Shown here piece after piece: positions 25,543 to 39,151 of a stretch of 64,000 bases of DNA (position 1 is its first letter; the number at the start of each line of letters is the position of its first letter). Source of the DNA: Convolutriloba macropyga (taxonomy: Eukaryota). The stretch covers positions 31,806,001 to 31,870,000 of the forward strand of contig NC_134477.1 of assembly GCF_964194025.1 (NCBI RefSeq). The letters are read 5' to 3'. The translations under genes were made by a program, and so were the position numbers. The notes under the pieces were generated by a model. That model had not been told where the DNA came from, did no database searches, and was given only the letters and a program-made list of their open reading frames with translations.

Positions 25543-25918
25543 ATGAATACTGCTCTGCTCTGTTTTATTATCATCAGAAAATGCCTTATTGCCATTCTAA
25601 ATTTCTATACATTCAGAGATAAAATTTATATAGATCTTTGCTATGTTCTTTGCAGCGTTTTTGCTATAGTTCGTTACAATTTTACTTTCTAGATTCAGTA
25701 ATCTTACGTATGTTTTTTTTTCAACGAATACGTCGAAAAATTTTGTCGAGCATGTCTTAGCGAATTTTAGAATTTTTGTTTCTGAACAAAAACTGAGATT
25801 TTAATTGGACAACGCTGCTTAGTCTATGTTTTGAAATAACATCTTTTTGACGATGCTTATAAATAAAAATCGATTTGGCTTGAGAACTTGAACTAAATTT
25901 GATTCTAAAAGCTTTAAT

Positions 25919-28900
25919 GAGAGAGAGAGAGAGAGTTAATTCCTCTGAGTATAAACAAACATCAAAATATAACACATGACAAAATTTCCTACTTTTAGAG
26001 TTCAAGATCAGAAACGTCAAGTTATCATTGCATTATACATAAAACCATTGCACACTCAGAGAGGACAGTTTACGGATCCGACTGGATCACTGAGCACTGA
26101 CCTTAATTCTTTTTTTTTTACAATTGGATATGACTATTCAAAAAGAAAAAAAATTTCTCTTAAAAGACAATAGATGAAATTCTCAATTTATTTGATGGAA
26201 TTTTCAATTTTTGACAAAATTTTTTACCCCTTTAGAAACGCCGGCGACAGCAAATTGAATAATTTTGTGTTGTCTTCTTAATAGCTTATAAAAAAAAGTC
26301 CGCGAAAGGTGTACACAAAGTCCCAATTAGGAGATTGTTTTTGTTAATTCATAATTCGATAAAATGTAATTGTCTATAATCTTGTGCACCAGACTGACAA
26401 ACGAAAAACTAGAAAGTTCATTATAGTTTCGATGGTAACACATTGTTTTCAATAAAAAGATTAAGTAATTTGGCACCTCTGTATCTCAATGAATTCCTTT
26501 CGAACTTTCGTTTACACTTTGGTACTTTCAAAAACCATTGCAACGATCTTCTTGTGGAATTGTTTGATCGGGATTCGAAAGAAAATAACTCATTAAGATA
26601 TGTATCTGTGTGCATTTTATTACTGATTTTATTACAAATTTAAGAAGTTCATAAATATGCAATTCGTGAGCAGTTAAGACCTTGTATTTCTCAAAAAACT
26701 GTTACATTTTCTGTGTATTTCTGGAACAAAATGAGCCTGAGAGTTTTTTTGCAATAGAACTAAAGGTTGAAGGGAAGTAAAGCTTACACATCCATATATC
26801 AGCACACCATATTGAATGATTGGTTTGATATTTGATGAATAAAATTGGAATAAAACACGTTTTGGTACATAATGCCTTAATTTTGACACTATTCCGCACT
26901 GCATTGCTAACTTTTTCTTCCCATCCTCAATGTGCTCTGTGAATTTCAATTTTTTATCCAAACGAACTCTGAGATACTTGCAGCTTTCTGACTCAGGTAT
27001 ATTAACAGAATTTAATTTAAATACGGAAAAGCTATTGACATTAGAGGCGCTTTCCTATTTTAATATTCATTTGACAACTTTTTTCAGGATTAAGAGACAG
27101 CTTGCTGGCGTTGAGCCATTTCTCTACATTGACCAAATCCTTTTGCATTGATTCAAAATCTTTATTGACTGCTGTTAAGTTGGTATCATCTGCGAAGAGA
27201 AAAGTTCTGAAGACTTGGCACACGTCTGGAAGGTCATTTATGTATATTAAAAGTAGCGGGCCAAGAATCGAGCCTTGTGGAACACCACAGTTTAACTTCA
27301 ACCAGCTGGAGTTGCAATTATTGACTGAAACACATTGCTGTCTTTCCGATAAATAATCACTAATCCATCTTAGGCAAACTCTTCTTGTACCATATAGTTC
27401 AAGCTTTTGTAATAGGATTTGGTGGTCTATTGTGTCAAAAGACTTTATTAAGTCAATAAAAAATGTGGCTACCTGACAATTGCGTTTGCAATGGCATCAA
27501 TAGTGCTATGTTTTTTTCGAAAACCAAATTGATTAGGATGGAACAAACTGAAAGTTTCAAAGTAAGTATAAATTCGATTATACATAATGCGTTCAAAAAC
27601 TTTACTCCACACAATGGGAAGCGAAATTGGTCGGCCGTTATTTATCTCGTCCTTCGCCGCTGCCTTGTGCAGAGGTACAATTATAGCTTGTTTTAGAATA
27701 CTTGGAAATTTACCGTCTTTAAAAGATTTATTAACGAGATGAACAAGATGCTTGCAAATTAAGAAACCTGTTTTCTTAATCAAAATCGTACTAATATCAT
27801 CAACTCCCGAAGATGATTTTTCTTTGAGATCCTCAATTATTTGCAAGATTTCGTTGCAATTTGTTTCATAAAGCCACATACTCTGCAAAATATTAACCTC
27901 AGGATTAACAAAAATCTCATTTGGGATGTCTGCTTTTAGTTTCTGTTCTATACCTACAAAAAAAGTGTTGAGCTCGTTTGCAACATCTAGATTATCATCA
28001 ATTCTTCTACCATCTTTTATTAGATAAGGAACTTTAGAATTTTTAATAGTAATTCCCTTAAGCTCATTTAAAATTTATAAACTTGTTTTGAGTTTCCGAT
28101 GCATTTTGTGAACTTTTGCTCATAGTAAGAATTCTTTTTGGCTTTGATTGTTTTCTCCACTTTAGTTCGTAGTGCTTTAAATTTCTCTAATTTTTGGTTG
28201 TTCTGACGGTCTATTTTCCATGACTTGTGTGATTGGTTTCTTTTGCAGATCAAATTTTTCATATTTTTATCAAACCAATTAGGTTTTTTAATTGTATTCC
28301 TGCTTGACCTCCGATATGGTGCAAACATTGCTAATACTTCTTTTAAAGTATTTTGAAATCTGTCAAAAGCACAGTTTATACTTTCCGTTTTCTGGTATCT
28401 TATTGTAGCTAGTGATTCAGAAAGGTTATCAAGAAAAAGAAGACATTCTACTCAACGATTTGAGAAAACTGGTGTCACGAAAACCAATTTCTGGTGAACA
28501 ACTTTTGCTAAAAACCAATTTCTGGTGAACAACTTTTGCTAATCGTTTTCTGAATCCTTAAATTTTGTTACGAAAAAGTGATCTAAGCAAGTCGAGGTAT
28601 TTCGGCTAATGCGAGTTGGCTAACGACAACATGGTTGAAAACCATCTGATTGGATAGTCGATAGATATGATGACGTCATCAGATTTTTTATCTAGAACGT
28701 TGATGTTGAAGTCCCCACAAACAGTTATTCTGTCATAATTTTCATTGATGTTTTCCAATGTTTCATCGAGCTCAAAAATGAAATTCTGCCTGTTAATTCT
28801 GGGGGGATTATAAACCACTAACACGGCAATCTTTAACTCTCCGAATTTCAAGTGAACCAAAAGACTTTCATTCAATTTGCAATTCAGCTCCTCAATCAAG

Positions 28901-30245
28901 TTCACCTCATCACTTATCTGGATCATAATACCTCCACCCCTACCACTTCTTGATTTTGACAAGCAATTATTGTAATTTGCTACCTTGAATAAATTCGGAT
29001 CATCATTAACTGTTAGCCAAGATTCTGTTAAACATATGACGGAAGGCGGAGACTCAAAACAAGATATCAGTGTCTCTAATTCTCTAATTCTTTATGATGT
29101 TTTTTAATGGATCTAGTATTTAAGTGTAAAATTTTGAAGTGATTTGATGCAGATCTAATTTTGGTCGCTTTATTTAATCTAAGGGGTGAACTCTTATGTT
29201 GCAGACTCTTCACAGCACTCTTCGCTCCGATACAGCTGTTCCTCAATATCAGCAAGAATAGTCTCTTTGGCATTCGGCGAACCACTTCTAAGACTCATAA
29301 CAAAATCAATTAATTCGTCTGTATCAGCTCTCTTGCTTTTTAGTTCCTCCATTAGATTGGTATAGTCGCTGTTCTCAAAATTGTCACGCATACGCTTTAG
29401 GGAAGGCATTTTGGTCGATAAGGGTGTACCAGGCGCAAAAATTGGCTGTTTTGTTAGCTTTGGAACAGGCGTGTTATAAATAATTTCATTGACTTCCATC
29501 GAACCCGCTGTTGTCGTAGATATTTGGCTTTGCTTTTGTGGTAGATTCTTTTGATAATTGAATTTTTTTTCCATTTTACTAGCGACTGGTTGCAATTCAA
29601 TAATATCTTGAATAAAATTCAGTTCAAGATATCGCTTCATCCCATCTGACTCGAACTGAAAAAGTGGTGCCGAATTCTTAGTAGTAACTTTTAACTGTTT
29701 TGCTTGAGCCTCCTCTTTCAATGACTTGTCGTACTTGCTCAATCGCTCGAGAATAAAAACCGGTGTTCCATTATTTGGATTCCTATAATTCCGTAGCAAA
29801 CCCTTCCTGGTCCAGATTCTTTCCTTTTGGTCAAAATAGACGAACTTCGCGATAACTGGTGGTGGATTGAATGGCGATCCTCTGCCCAACGGATTGCACG
29901 CTTTTAAATCGCGGTTCAATGTTGACATTCAACACATTTTGAATAAGATCAATCACATCTGAGAGGTAGGTTCCATTTGAACTAAACGGTAGATTGCGAA
30001 AAATTAGACAATTTTTTGATTGATATCTTTCGAGTTGATTAACTTTGATCTTCATCTGTGTCACCTCAGATTCCAATTCGGCAATTCGTGCATTTTTTGC
30101 AATATTTTCTTCAATTAGGTTTTTCAAAATTTCCTTGGATGGTTCATCAAGACTCTCACTCTCATGCAATTTTTTCATTAGATCTCCCATGCCTCGCTGG
30201 CTCATCTCTAGAACTATTTAATAAGTTTATTACAACAATTAGGCT
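25919..30245 (-). mobile_element. Near-full-length CR1-type LINE, frameshifted
   Basis: ORF1 (30205-29194, one frameshift) has a coiled coil plus RRM-like LERYQSKNCLIFRNLP..PVIAKF. APE motifs HLNTRS, GGGI, YNPP, CGDFN; RT motifs RPISL, QFGFR, GVPQGSILGPLL, LFADD. Long 3' UTR ending in a (CT)n tail at 25919-25935. Confidence 0.93.
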
Positions 30246-30249
30246 AATT

Positions 30250-30832
30250 AATTGCTCTCAAACGGAATTTGTATTAATTTTATTAGACCCGCGGTCTTTT
30301 TAATGTGATTCTTTACTTGAGAATTGACATAAATCCATCCCTCCGTCGCCATTCCTAAGCCCGACGTTAGTCGCTTAGGTTTAAATGCTCTCAAGCAAAG
30401 TTTGTGGCAATTCTTTTAGTCTTGTTCTCTTTCTTATGCGTTTTTTCGTCCGACCCTTTTGACTTTTCGTGCTCTAAAACGCGATAAACAAGTAAAGCCC
30501 AGAGGACATTAAGTTCTCTTACAGTCTTACTATTCTTTACAAATGCGATTCACCAAAACTGCTTTGAGGAGACGATTTCATGTTGTCAAGGGCACTTCTT
30601 GATCTTTAAAGTTGACCCCTCAGTCATCGCCTACTCAACCCCCGTCCACACTTCCCCCTCCTTCACCTGGCGATTTGAACCCGCCTCTGTTCTAGCTTTC
30701 CCACAGCCCTCCCCCCATCGCTAGACACCCCCTCCGCTCCCCCTCTCCCTAATGCTAGCATCCCTAAGAAGCCGATCCCTACCGTAGCCAAGCACTCGAC
30801 GGTCGTTTGAGAGCAAATCGCCTGACTCGGTT
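30250..30832 (+). mobile_element. Non-autonomous Helentron-like (HINE/DINE-type) element, copy A
   Basis: aattgctctcaaacg (30250-30264) ... cgtttgagagcaaat (30804-30818) inverted pair, then cgcctgactcggtt. Shares the atgcgattcac..aaactg core and a C-rich tract with copies B and C. Confidence 0.65.
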
Positions 30833-31539
30833 ATGCTTAAAATTTTTGCTACCAACTTATTGGAACAGTCAGGCTATTTTTTTAAAAAGATTTTGGTCCT
30901 GTTTTTTTTCCGGACGAAATACCCAATGTCAAAATACTTAAGATGATAAATACTCTAATATTTTTTCTTATTGGTAGAATTATCAGAAAAACTTGGTAGC
31001 ATAACAATGCTGAAGTGAGATAATTTATGCTGTAATATAATGTTGAATATAAGGCTACTTAGTTTTCAAAATTGGTTCAGTTGGTCATGCCCGGGGTTAT
31101 GGCCATGCCTCAGCGGTAAAAAGCTTCAAAACTATAGATTTTGCATACATGTTATTCCGGAAAGTGTGGTAATCAATTTTTAATATGTGAGCATATTAGA
31201 TCTCATAGTTTCCAGACACATCCGGAAATAGATTAGTGATTCGTGATCAACTGGTCCACTTTGAATAGTATTAGATCTAAGCTACTTTATGGAGTCTATG
31301 TTTGTAAAAAAAATGTCCCTGTTCCCATTGAAGAGTGATCAAATAGTTTTTGAAAAAACAATGCACGCGTTGAACACACGATTGTGGGGTTTTCCGATGT
31401 TATACAGAAGCTCACTTATAAGTGACTTTTTATTGAAATTTGGAAAAATGGGAAATTTGACTGATCTCTCAATTATTTAGTCTTATCCACTAGCCGCTGG
31501 CGTAACAGAAACGCTCATGAAGTGAAAAATTGAGCAAAA

Positions 31540-33890
31540 TTGGAGAAAATTTAACAAGATCAGAGAACAACATCATATTGCCAGGAAGGGGCAACGCTCC
31601 ACTTCGTTTCCTTGCTCATAAATGTTTGATATTTTAAAGTAGCATTGTACAAAATGGGCAGGTAGGAGACCGAAAGGTACTTCTTTGCACTCGATGATAC
31701 TTATGAGGTTCCTGGCAACTGTGTATTTCTATTCACTAGTTAAAACTGCTATTCTAGCCCTGAACTGAATTTGTTCTGGGATAAGCTCAAAAATTCCAAC
31801 GTTCAGCTGAGGAGTTATGGTTTTTGTCTTTGAACGTCAGAATTGAATCGGCCGATATCGTAATTTAAAAAAATTAGAAATTATCACAAGTCCCCTTGAC
31901 AACAATTTTTGTGTCCTTGCGTTCTTTGAGTCACAAGAAAAGACTTTTTTTGACATTTTCTGCCTTTCGATTGGGTGCTCTCTTGTTTTTAAACTAATTA
32001 GACGGTTTTTCATGGTTGTGTTATCTGCTGTTGAAGTGATTTACAGTTTGCCTGTGAATCAAGTTTTTAGGCAGTTTTTCTTTCAACGAAATGATGCTCG
32101 CAGTTGTGAGCGTCCTCATTGAGATGCTCAGTGTAAGCAAGGGCAATTGTGTCAAACCGTTAAAAACTCTTCTATCGAGTAGTGTAATTTTTTTCTTTGG
32201 TAGAACTTACTTCGAAGGTTCATTTCTGGTTTGAAGCTGTCTTCTTAAAAGTGGTACCATTTTCCAGTATCTACGTTGCGGCTTCTGTCAACAGTAACAG
32301 CAAATGTTTGCCTGCCCAACAAGCAGTAAGTTTGATGGTTACGTTGATGAAACAGAAAAACGGAACATAAAACAAATCAAAATAACCAGTTTTCATCAAA
32401 TTGCCAAAATTATAGTCTTTTGCATGCTTATTACCTCGGAAACTGATAATAAGTTTTCCCCCATTTAGTTTACTCGATGTCATAATTTTGCAGAAAACGA
32501 AGTAACGGAAAATTTTTAGAGGCAAGATCAATTCGATTGAGTTGATATTTGATCAGCTGGCTCTCCTTTTAAAAACATGAGATATAACTTATCTTTTTAT
32601 GGTATGCTTGTAAAATTTCTAATTTTTTTATTCTCGAACTCGAAAACTGAACAACTAATTTATCAACGTTCCATAAACGCGTTAGCGCTTCGATTTTTGA
32701 GTATGCACATGTTTTCTGGAAAACAATTTTCAGGTGATGTGAATTTTAGTTTTTTCTCCACTAACTTGTTGCATAACCATGAATCCTAACTAAAAAAACT
32801 GGGCAAATTTGGAAAAGGTTTACGAATTAAAAAAACTTATCGCCATTGAGGACTCCGCTCCACTTCTTGTCACTGCCCTTAACATTAGTTCCTACCTGAA
32901 AATTCTAGTTAGTTGACCTTCTATTTGTTGATTGAAGCGTTAGAAGTACTTTTGTTCAATTGAAATCGTTATTTGTTTGCTTGAATATTTTTTACCTTTT
33001 TGATGCTAGTAAATAACATAGGTGTTGAAAGGCGCTTATGTGTACTTGAGGGTAATTCTAAGGTTCCTGACAACCGTGTATTTCTATTCCCTCGTTTTGC
33101 AAAAAAGCTGTTCCTGCCGTTAACTGAATTTGTTCCTTGACGGAACTTTTTGCTAGCTCACAAATTCCAAGGGTTCAATTACGTATCATCGTTCTTGTCT
33201 TTGAACGTTCCAAGTGAATCGGCTGGTATTGTACTAAAAAAGTAAAACGGTCTTCTAAAGTCTGCGTGACCTCAATTGTTCTGTTTATACGATCCTTTCG
33301 TCACAAGACGGAGACTCATGTAATTTTTCCGCCTTTCAGTTGCATTTTTCCCGTTTTTTAATTGCTCTCAAATGAATTTTGTAGCATCAATATTAGCCCT
33401 GCGGTCGTTCGATATTTGTCATGCGGTTATGCAAATTTTCGCTTGAAAAATTTTCCTTCTGATCTCTTGGACTTTTCGTATGCAAAAACGGGACAAAACA
33501 GGTAACTTTGGAGGGCGTTGAGGTCTTTCGAATTATAAGAGCCTTTCTGCTCACCCGACTCTAAGTATGTGATTCACCGAAGCTGTTTGGGAGACATAAA
33601 TTCGTGGTGTGATAGGCGGTTCTTAGATTTTGGCCCCCTCAGTTCGCCCTCACCTCCATTTTACGCCCCACTTCAATTAAGCTAAAGCTAGACTCTTCAC
33701 CGTAGCTAGCTATTGACGACACCGACTGCTCGCAAGCCGTTTGAGAGCAATTCGCCCGACGCTATTGGATTATGTTCACATTTGTTGATGATTTTTTGTG
33801 TACTTGTTTTATCTGCGTTTCAGTTGTGAGCGTTTTAAGGGTGATGCTCAGTGTAAGAAAAGCAGTTGCGTCGAACAGTTTAAAACTCAC
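31540..33890. repeat. Old direct duplication (about 31540-32170 vs 32800-33360 plus 33820-33890)
   Basis: Shared blocks aggttcctg.caac.gtgtatttctattc, aactgaatttgttc, ttgtctttgaacgt and cagttgtgagcgt..gatgctcagtgtaag. Confidence 0.8.
33360..33771 (+). mobile_element. Non-autonomous Helentron-like element, copy B
   Basis: aattgctctcaaatg (33360-33374) ... cgtttgagagcaatt (33738-33752), then cgcccgacgctattggatt. It begins right after a T-run and interrupts the second copy of an older duplication. Confidence 0.7.
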
Positions 33891-34232
33891 GATCAAATAA
33901 CAAAATTTTTCTTTCGATTTTATAGATTTAGTTCTGTGAAACAAATGCGTTTTCGGTTCATTGTAGATAGATTGCTCGTTGACATTTTTTTTCGCGGCTA
34001 TTTTGCTGATAGTTCGTCTACGTTCTACATCGTACTGTACTTCGTCAATGCGCTCGCTGTAGTTCTGTATGTTACGGTGTTGATCAGTTCTGACAAAGGA
34101 ATTGAAATAAAATCGGGGATTTTTAAATTTTACAAGTACTCATCAAAAGGAGATGGCTCGAATTAAAAATTTTTACTGTACACAACTGGTCGACTTTTTT
34201 GTATTATAAAGTACTGGGTAGTTTCAGGCTAA

Positions 34233-34589
34233 ATGGCAACATGTAATATCAAACGGATAAAACCATATCGAGATGACAATCATGGCAACAAACATGACCA
34301 CGAAAATGACGATAATACCTACTGCTATCAAGCTAAAGGAGGCTCGTGGGTCTACATACCAGAACTGATAAATCCATTCTCAGCTTTGAATGTGGGCAAA
34401 AATGCGAGTTTGGGCGAATGCAAGAGAGCCTTCCGAAGGCTAGTGGCGACTCCGAATCGCCAGAAACGGATGTTGGTTGCTTATGCCTGGCATATGCTAA
34501 CAAACGAGGTTTTGTATGCGAAGGGTGAAAAGAGTCTCTGTGATGTTTTCGACTACGCAATCAGCGGAGATACTTTGAATTTGGCACAG
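34233..34589 (+). CDS. Exon 1 of J-like/ankyrin/ART gene
   Basis: ATG at 34233. NPFSALNVGKNASLGECKRAFRRLV matches J-domain helices I-II. Ends cag|gtatac in phase 0, in the middle of an ankyrin-like repeat (DVFDYAISGDTLNLAQ). Confidence 0.8.
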
Positions 34590-35439
34590 GTATACCCTGC
34601 TTTATTTATCATTTTTTGCCAAGATATTTATTTTTGGTTTCAAAAATTTTTTTATATCGTGTGAAAGATGAACTCAAAAGCATTGTGAATATTTGCTGTC
34701 ATTAAGTATAGCTGGTTAGTCCTAATTTAGAAGACAACACTTCTAATTGTAATATACCAGTATAACTGTTTATAAAAGATCTGTAAAACTAAAAAAGTTC
34801 ATCAATTTAAATAAGGAGTCAAAGAAATCAGACGATAACATCTGGTTCCTTTACTATCATGAATGTGATATATGAAACCTCGGAAATCCGATTGAATTTT
34901 CAAAAGATGGATGCTAGCGAGTAACTTTTTGAGATTAAATTAGGCTATTTTTTTAAGAATGTATTTGAAGTTACTTGCGAAAACCTTTTCCTTGATTAAA
35001 AAGTCGACAGTCGCCTATTAGCATTAGTGAAGACTCAAACTCCATCAAACCTGTTTTGTTCTATTTGCCTGGCATTGAGTGATGGATTAGTGATGAGTGA
35101 TCACGTACTGCAATGCAATTGAATGAGTACAAGGGATTGCAACAAAGCTATGCGTAATGTAGGAGAGAATTGCATTTTTAGATCTTGAATTGTCTTGATT
35201 GATCGACTTCTGAATGATGAAATTCATATGCTTATCATCATAAAGTTTCTCATCCAAGTGAATTCAAAGAACCTGTAATTCCCTGTGAAAGCTGAAGTTG
35301 ATTGCTTGGCTTACAGTTTCTTATCGTTTAGTTTTACCTGTACTCGAAATCATGAGCAACTTTGATTTTGTTACATCAACTTGAATTTCTTTCTCAGGTA
35401 AATTTTTTTACAGTTTTTCATCCTTTTTGTGTTGCTTGT

Positions 35440-36319
35440 AAAGATTCTTTACTGCCCAAGAATTGTATGTTTACGAACTTCTTAAATTCGAATAAAAGCA
35501 GTAAAGAAAATGCATGTAGATACATATCTCAAGACTTATTTTCTTTTGAATCGGGATCAAACAATTCAACAAGATCCTTGAAATAGTTGTTGAAAACTCC
35601 TAAGTGTAAATGAGAATTCGAACGGAATTCACTGAGATACAGAGATGCCAAGTTATGACGTCCTGAACAAAATTTCGAATAAATCAAATACAAACTAATC
35701 GTGTTAACTTTTGTTTACATTCTTTGGTAAATTTAAGCAATTTCCTCTTGCGTAGCTCCAGATATTACAGTCAAGCATATACATTTTTTATCAGCTGAAA
35801 GCGCTAATTAATAAAGATTATTTCTCTCTTCTTTACCTCCTATTGTTCTTGATGAATTAAATTATTTAAGAAATTGTTTTTAGTTTTCAGACAAAAATAG
35901 TGGAATGCGTACTCAAACCGTTGTCGACTCGGCATCTGAAGAAAAGTTAGCTGCTTCGCCATTCTTCTCGCCTTTTACAAATTCTAAGTACTTGCTAAAC
36001 ATTAATGCATGCTAAGAAGACAGAAAAGCAATTTTCTTGATTAGAATAATAAAAAACAAGAAAACATATTGGTTGAAATTGTGAATTTTATACCGGATCA
36101 ATTTTTGTTACCACCCCCTGGAATATCCGAGGTTTCCTAATGGGGTGAAAAATTTTGTCCAAAATTGAAAATTCCGGTAAATAAGTTCAGAGTTTTGAGA
36201 AATTGAAGGGCTTTGTTTAGTGATCCATTGGATCCGTACTCTCCTCTCTGACTTTATCTAATTTTCCCGTATAATGAATAAGTAACTATAATGAATAAGT
36301 AACTTGAAGTTTTCTGATC
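35440..36319 (+). mobile_element. Intronic 3' remnant of the same CR1 family as 25919-30245
   Basis: 35450-35655 matches the reverse complement of 26470-26675. 36135-36319 matches the reverse complement of about 26005-26240. Confidence 0.85.
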
Positions 36320-37157
36320 NNNNNNNNNNNNNNNNNNNNNNNNNNNNNNNNNNNNNNNNNNNNNNNNNNNNNNNNNNNNNNNNNNNNNNNNNNNNNNNNN
36401 NNNNNNNNNNNNNNNNNNNNNNNNNNNNNNNNNNNNNNNNNNNNNNNNNNNNNNNNNNNNNNNNNNNNNNNNNNNNNNNNNNNNNNNNNNNNNNNNNNNN
36501 NNNNNNNNNNNNNNNNNNNNNNNNNNNNNNNNNNNNNNNNNNNNNNNNNNNNNNNNNNNNNNNNNNNNNNNNNNNNNNNNNNNNNNNNNNNNNNNNNNNN
36601 NNNNNNNNNNNNTCAAAACATCCATGAGATTTACATGAAATAATGAATCAAACGGTTTTGAAACCTGCAGGACACAGCATGCTGTGTCGTTACTATAGTT
36701 TCTGTTAGCAAAGGAAGTGCTTCTGTTGCGGAGCGTGTTCGTGTTTTTGTCCAAAATTTTATCTGCTTAGTGAGAGCAATGGGTTCGCGAGTTTAAAAAA
36801 ATCCTTGAACTTGTTAATGCGTTGACAAGTATAAGCGCACATGAGATCTTTGACAGTTCTTTATTCTAATATATTTCTCTTTTCGGCCGACTGTTTTTTG
36901 TGGGGCTCAAATTTTGCTTTTTAAAAGAGGTTTTAATTATTTAAATCTAAAAAAAGGAACAAAATTCAATCCATTATTGCTGTGCAAAAACAAATGAGTA
37001 GATTGCGCAAAACAAAATGGCAGTGCAAAAGTAATAATAATAAAAATTGCAATGTCATTACTGAAAGCCAATTTTTAGGGACTTGGCGATTTTTAGGGAC
37101 TTGATCTCGACGAGTAGTTTTTCCATAGTACATGAGAAATAGAATTGTTCTTTGCAG

Positions 37158-37932
37158 GAGCTGGCAAAGCATCCGAAAGCTGTGCACTGTACGGATACGT
37201 CTGATCATTCTCTTTTGTACGTTGCTGCTAGAAGCGGTTTTTACGACACATGTGAGTTCCTTCTAAGCAAAGGAGCATCGCCTCTTACAGCTTGTGGAGC
37301 TGCAAAGTCAACTCCATTACATGCCGCCGCTTATTACGGACATGAGTTGTTGTGCACCCTTCTAATCTCGAAAGGAGCTGATGTTGACGCCAAAAATGCT
37401 TTTGGAAATACTCCTATTGATGAAGCCTTAAATGACGAAGTCAGGCATAAACTACAGGGAGGTGGTCGAAACGATAAGATTTCGGTCTTATTCAAGACAG
37501 CTCAAGGTTTTGGTGATTATTCTATAGAAGATGTAACCCACAGAGGATATGTAATTGCACGCAAAATCAGGAAAAATCGCGAAGTACCTAAAAATTGGCT
37601 TCCTGCATGGCACGGAACAAAAATGAAATTTGTTAAGTCAATTCTGAAAAATGGACTGAAACCATCGGGATCTGAAGTTGAAGGAAAAATGATACAACCG
37701 CCGAAAGGTCACTATCAACTTGGTTCCACTCATTTTGGAATTAGGAATTGGGCAAATGCGGTGTTTATTTCTCCCAGCTTGATCTACTCAGGACATCCAA
37801 CGTACTCGGAGCGGGTTTTGATTCGTGGATCTCAGTGGTGTGTTATTGTTTGTGTGTTGTGTCGACCTGGTTCATTCGGTTCCTATCCGAGTACGATTGT
37901 TCGAGATGATCCAATTGACGGTGAACCTCTAG
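37158..37932 (+). CDS. Exon 2 of J-like/ankyrin/ART gene
   Basis: Acceptor tttgcag|gag in phase 0. Ankyrin repeats SLLYVAARSG, STPLHAAAYYGH, GADVDAKNAFGNTP; ART motifs AWHGT..SILKNGL, VFISPSLIYSG, CRPGSF. Donor g|gtttgt in phase 1. Confidence 0.9.
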
Positions 37933-39151
37933 GTTTGTTTTTAATAATCAATAATTCTCATGAAATTGTTTGGTCTGAAACGAATATAAAAAAGTTTGCG
38001 CTGCATTTATGAGTTTAAATGGCAGCGAAGTTTTTATTGTTTAAATTGCAAACAACTTGTTTTAATGGCTATCAAAAATTTTAATTGGCGTAGGGCCGGC
38101 CTTACTGAGGACTAGCTGGGAAAAGTTACTAATTGCTGCAACATTGTTTCCGAGCTTACCAGTTGTCACAATAATTAATAGTTTAATCAGGCACACGTTG
38201 GGGAAAATGAGTTCTAACCCTCAATGGAGCTTTTGATATTATTAATTTGCGGATAACTTTTGATTTGTCTGTCAGTTTTGACCTCTTGAATTACGCATCG
38301 GACAACGGTGGGTAGTAAAGGACTTAGGAGCTCATGAACCGATTGATACCAACTAATGGCTGTAAACAAATGTTGACGTTTTTCTGCCGAGATATGACTC
38401 TCTCAGAAGTTATGGGCCCGTGATGTAAAAATTGTCTAGTAGCAAGATGATGAGTTGATTATCAAAATATGTAGTCTACCCTACAGCAGAAAAGTTTACA
38501 AGTTTACAATCTTTACATTAAACAACGAAAGTGCCAGCTTTGTATTGTTGCTTTCTTTTCTCGTCTCCATCACAATGATGCCAAAAAGATCGATCGGGGC
38601 GATATTTAGGCAGTATATTGGGTTTGTTTGTAGAAGTAGTAATAAAATTTGATCCTTATTGTTGGTTTTTTATCATCGACTACAAGAATTTTGAGATAAA
38701 GAAGTTTGTCAGCTGTGTCCTGAAAAGCTTATATGCTCTGTACAACTGTTTGTGTTTTTGTCGATTATCATAGCTAAGTTTTGTGATTGTAAAAAATCTT
38801 GAACTGACAAACGTCATAGAATGAATCGGACGCCCAAAAAAGACAGGCTTTCAATCCAATCCACACTAAGTGCTAAGAAGGTGGATTAGTAATATGCGTT
38901 CGCAAAATGTTCCAACCCGTCATTTGCCAAGCAACTTGGGAAAACTTTTATCTAAGATGAATATCAACAGATTTGTACATAAGGGGTTTTCCACCTATTG
39001 GCATTGCGGGTAGACAAATGACTATATACTTCTTTTAAATATTTTTCAAATATTTTTTTGAAACGTTTAAAACGTCCAAATAAAACATTTTTCTCTCGAT
39101 GTCGGTTGAAAATGGTTATCGCCTGTTTCGTTCATCTTCTTTGTCAAAAAT

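Noticed and set aside
28480-28541. 31-bp direct duplication aaaaccaatttctggtgaacaacttttgcta
   Set aside because: An ordinary slippage duplication inside a dead LINE.
3110-36754. ORFs containing long X runs (3110, 8919-9279, 15256-15657, 36254-36754)
   Set aside because: Artefacts of translating through N gaps.
37933-38012. C-terminal tail of ORF 37152-38012 (and tail 34590-34664 of ORF 34233)
   Set aside because: These read through splice donors into AT-rich intron; the ART fold needs the EW strand found in the exon at 39977.
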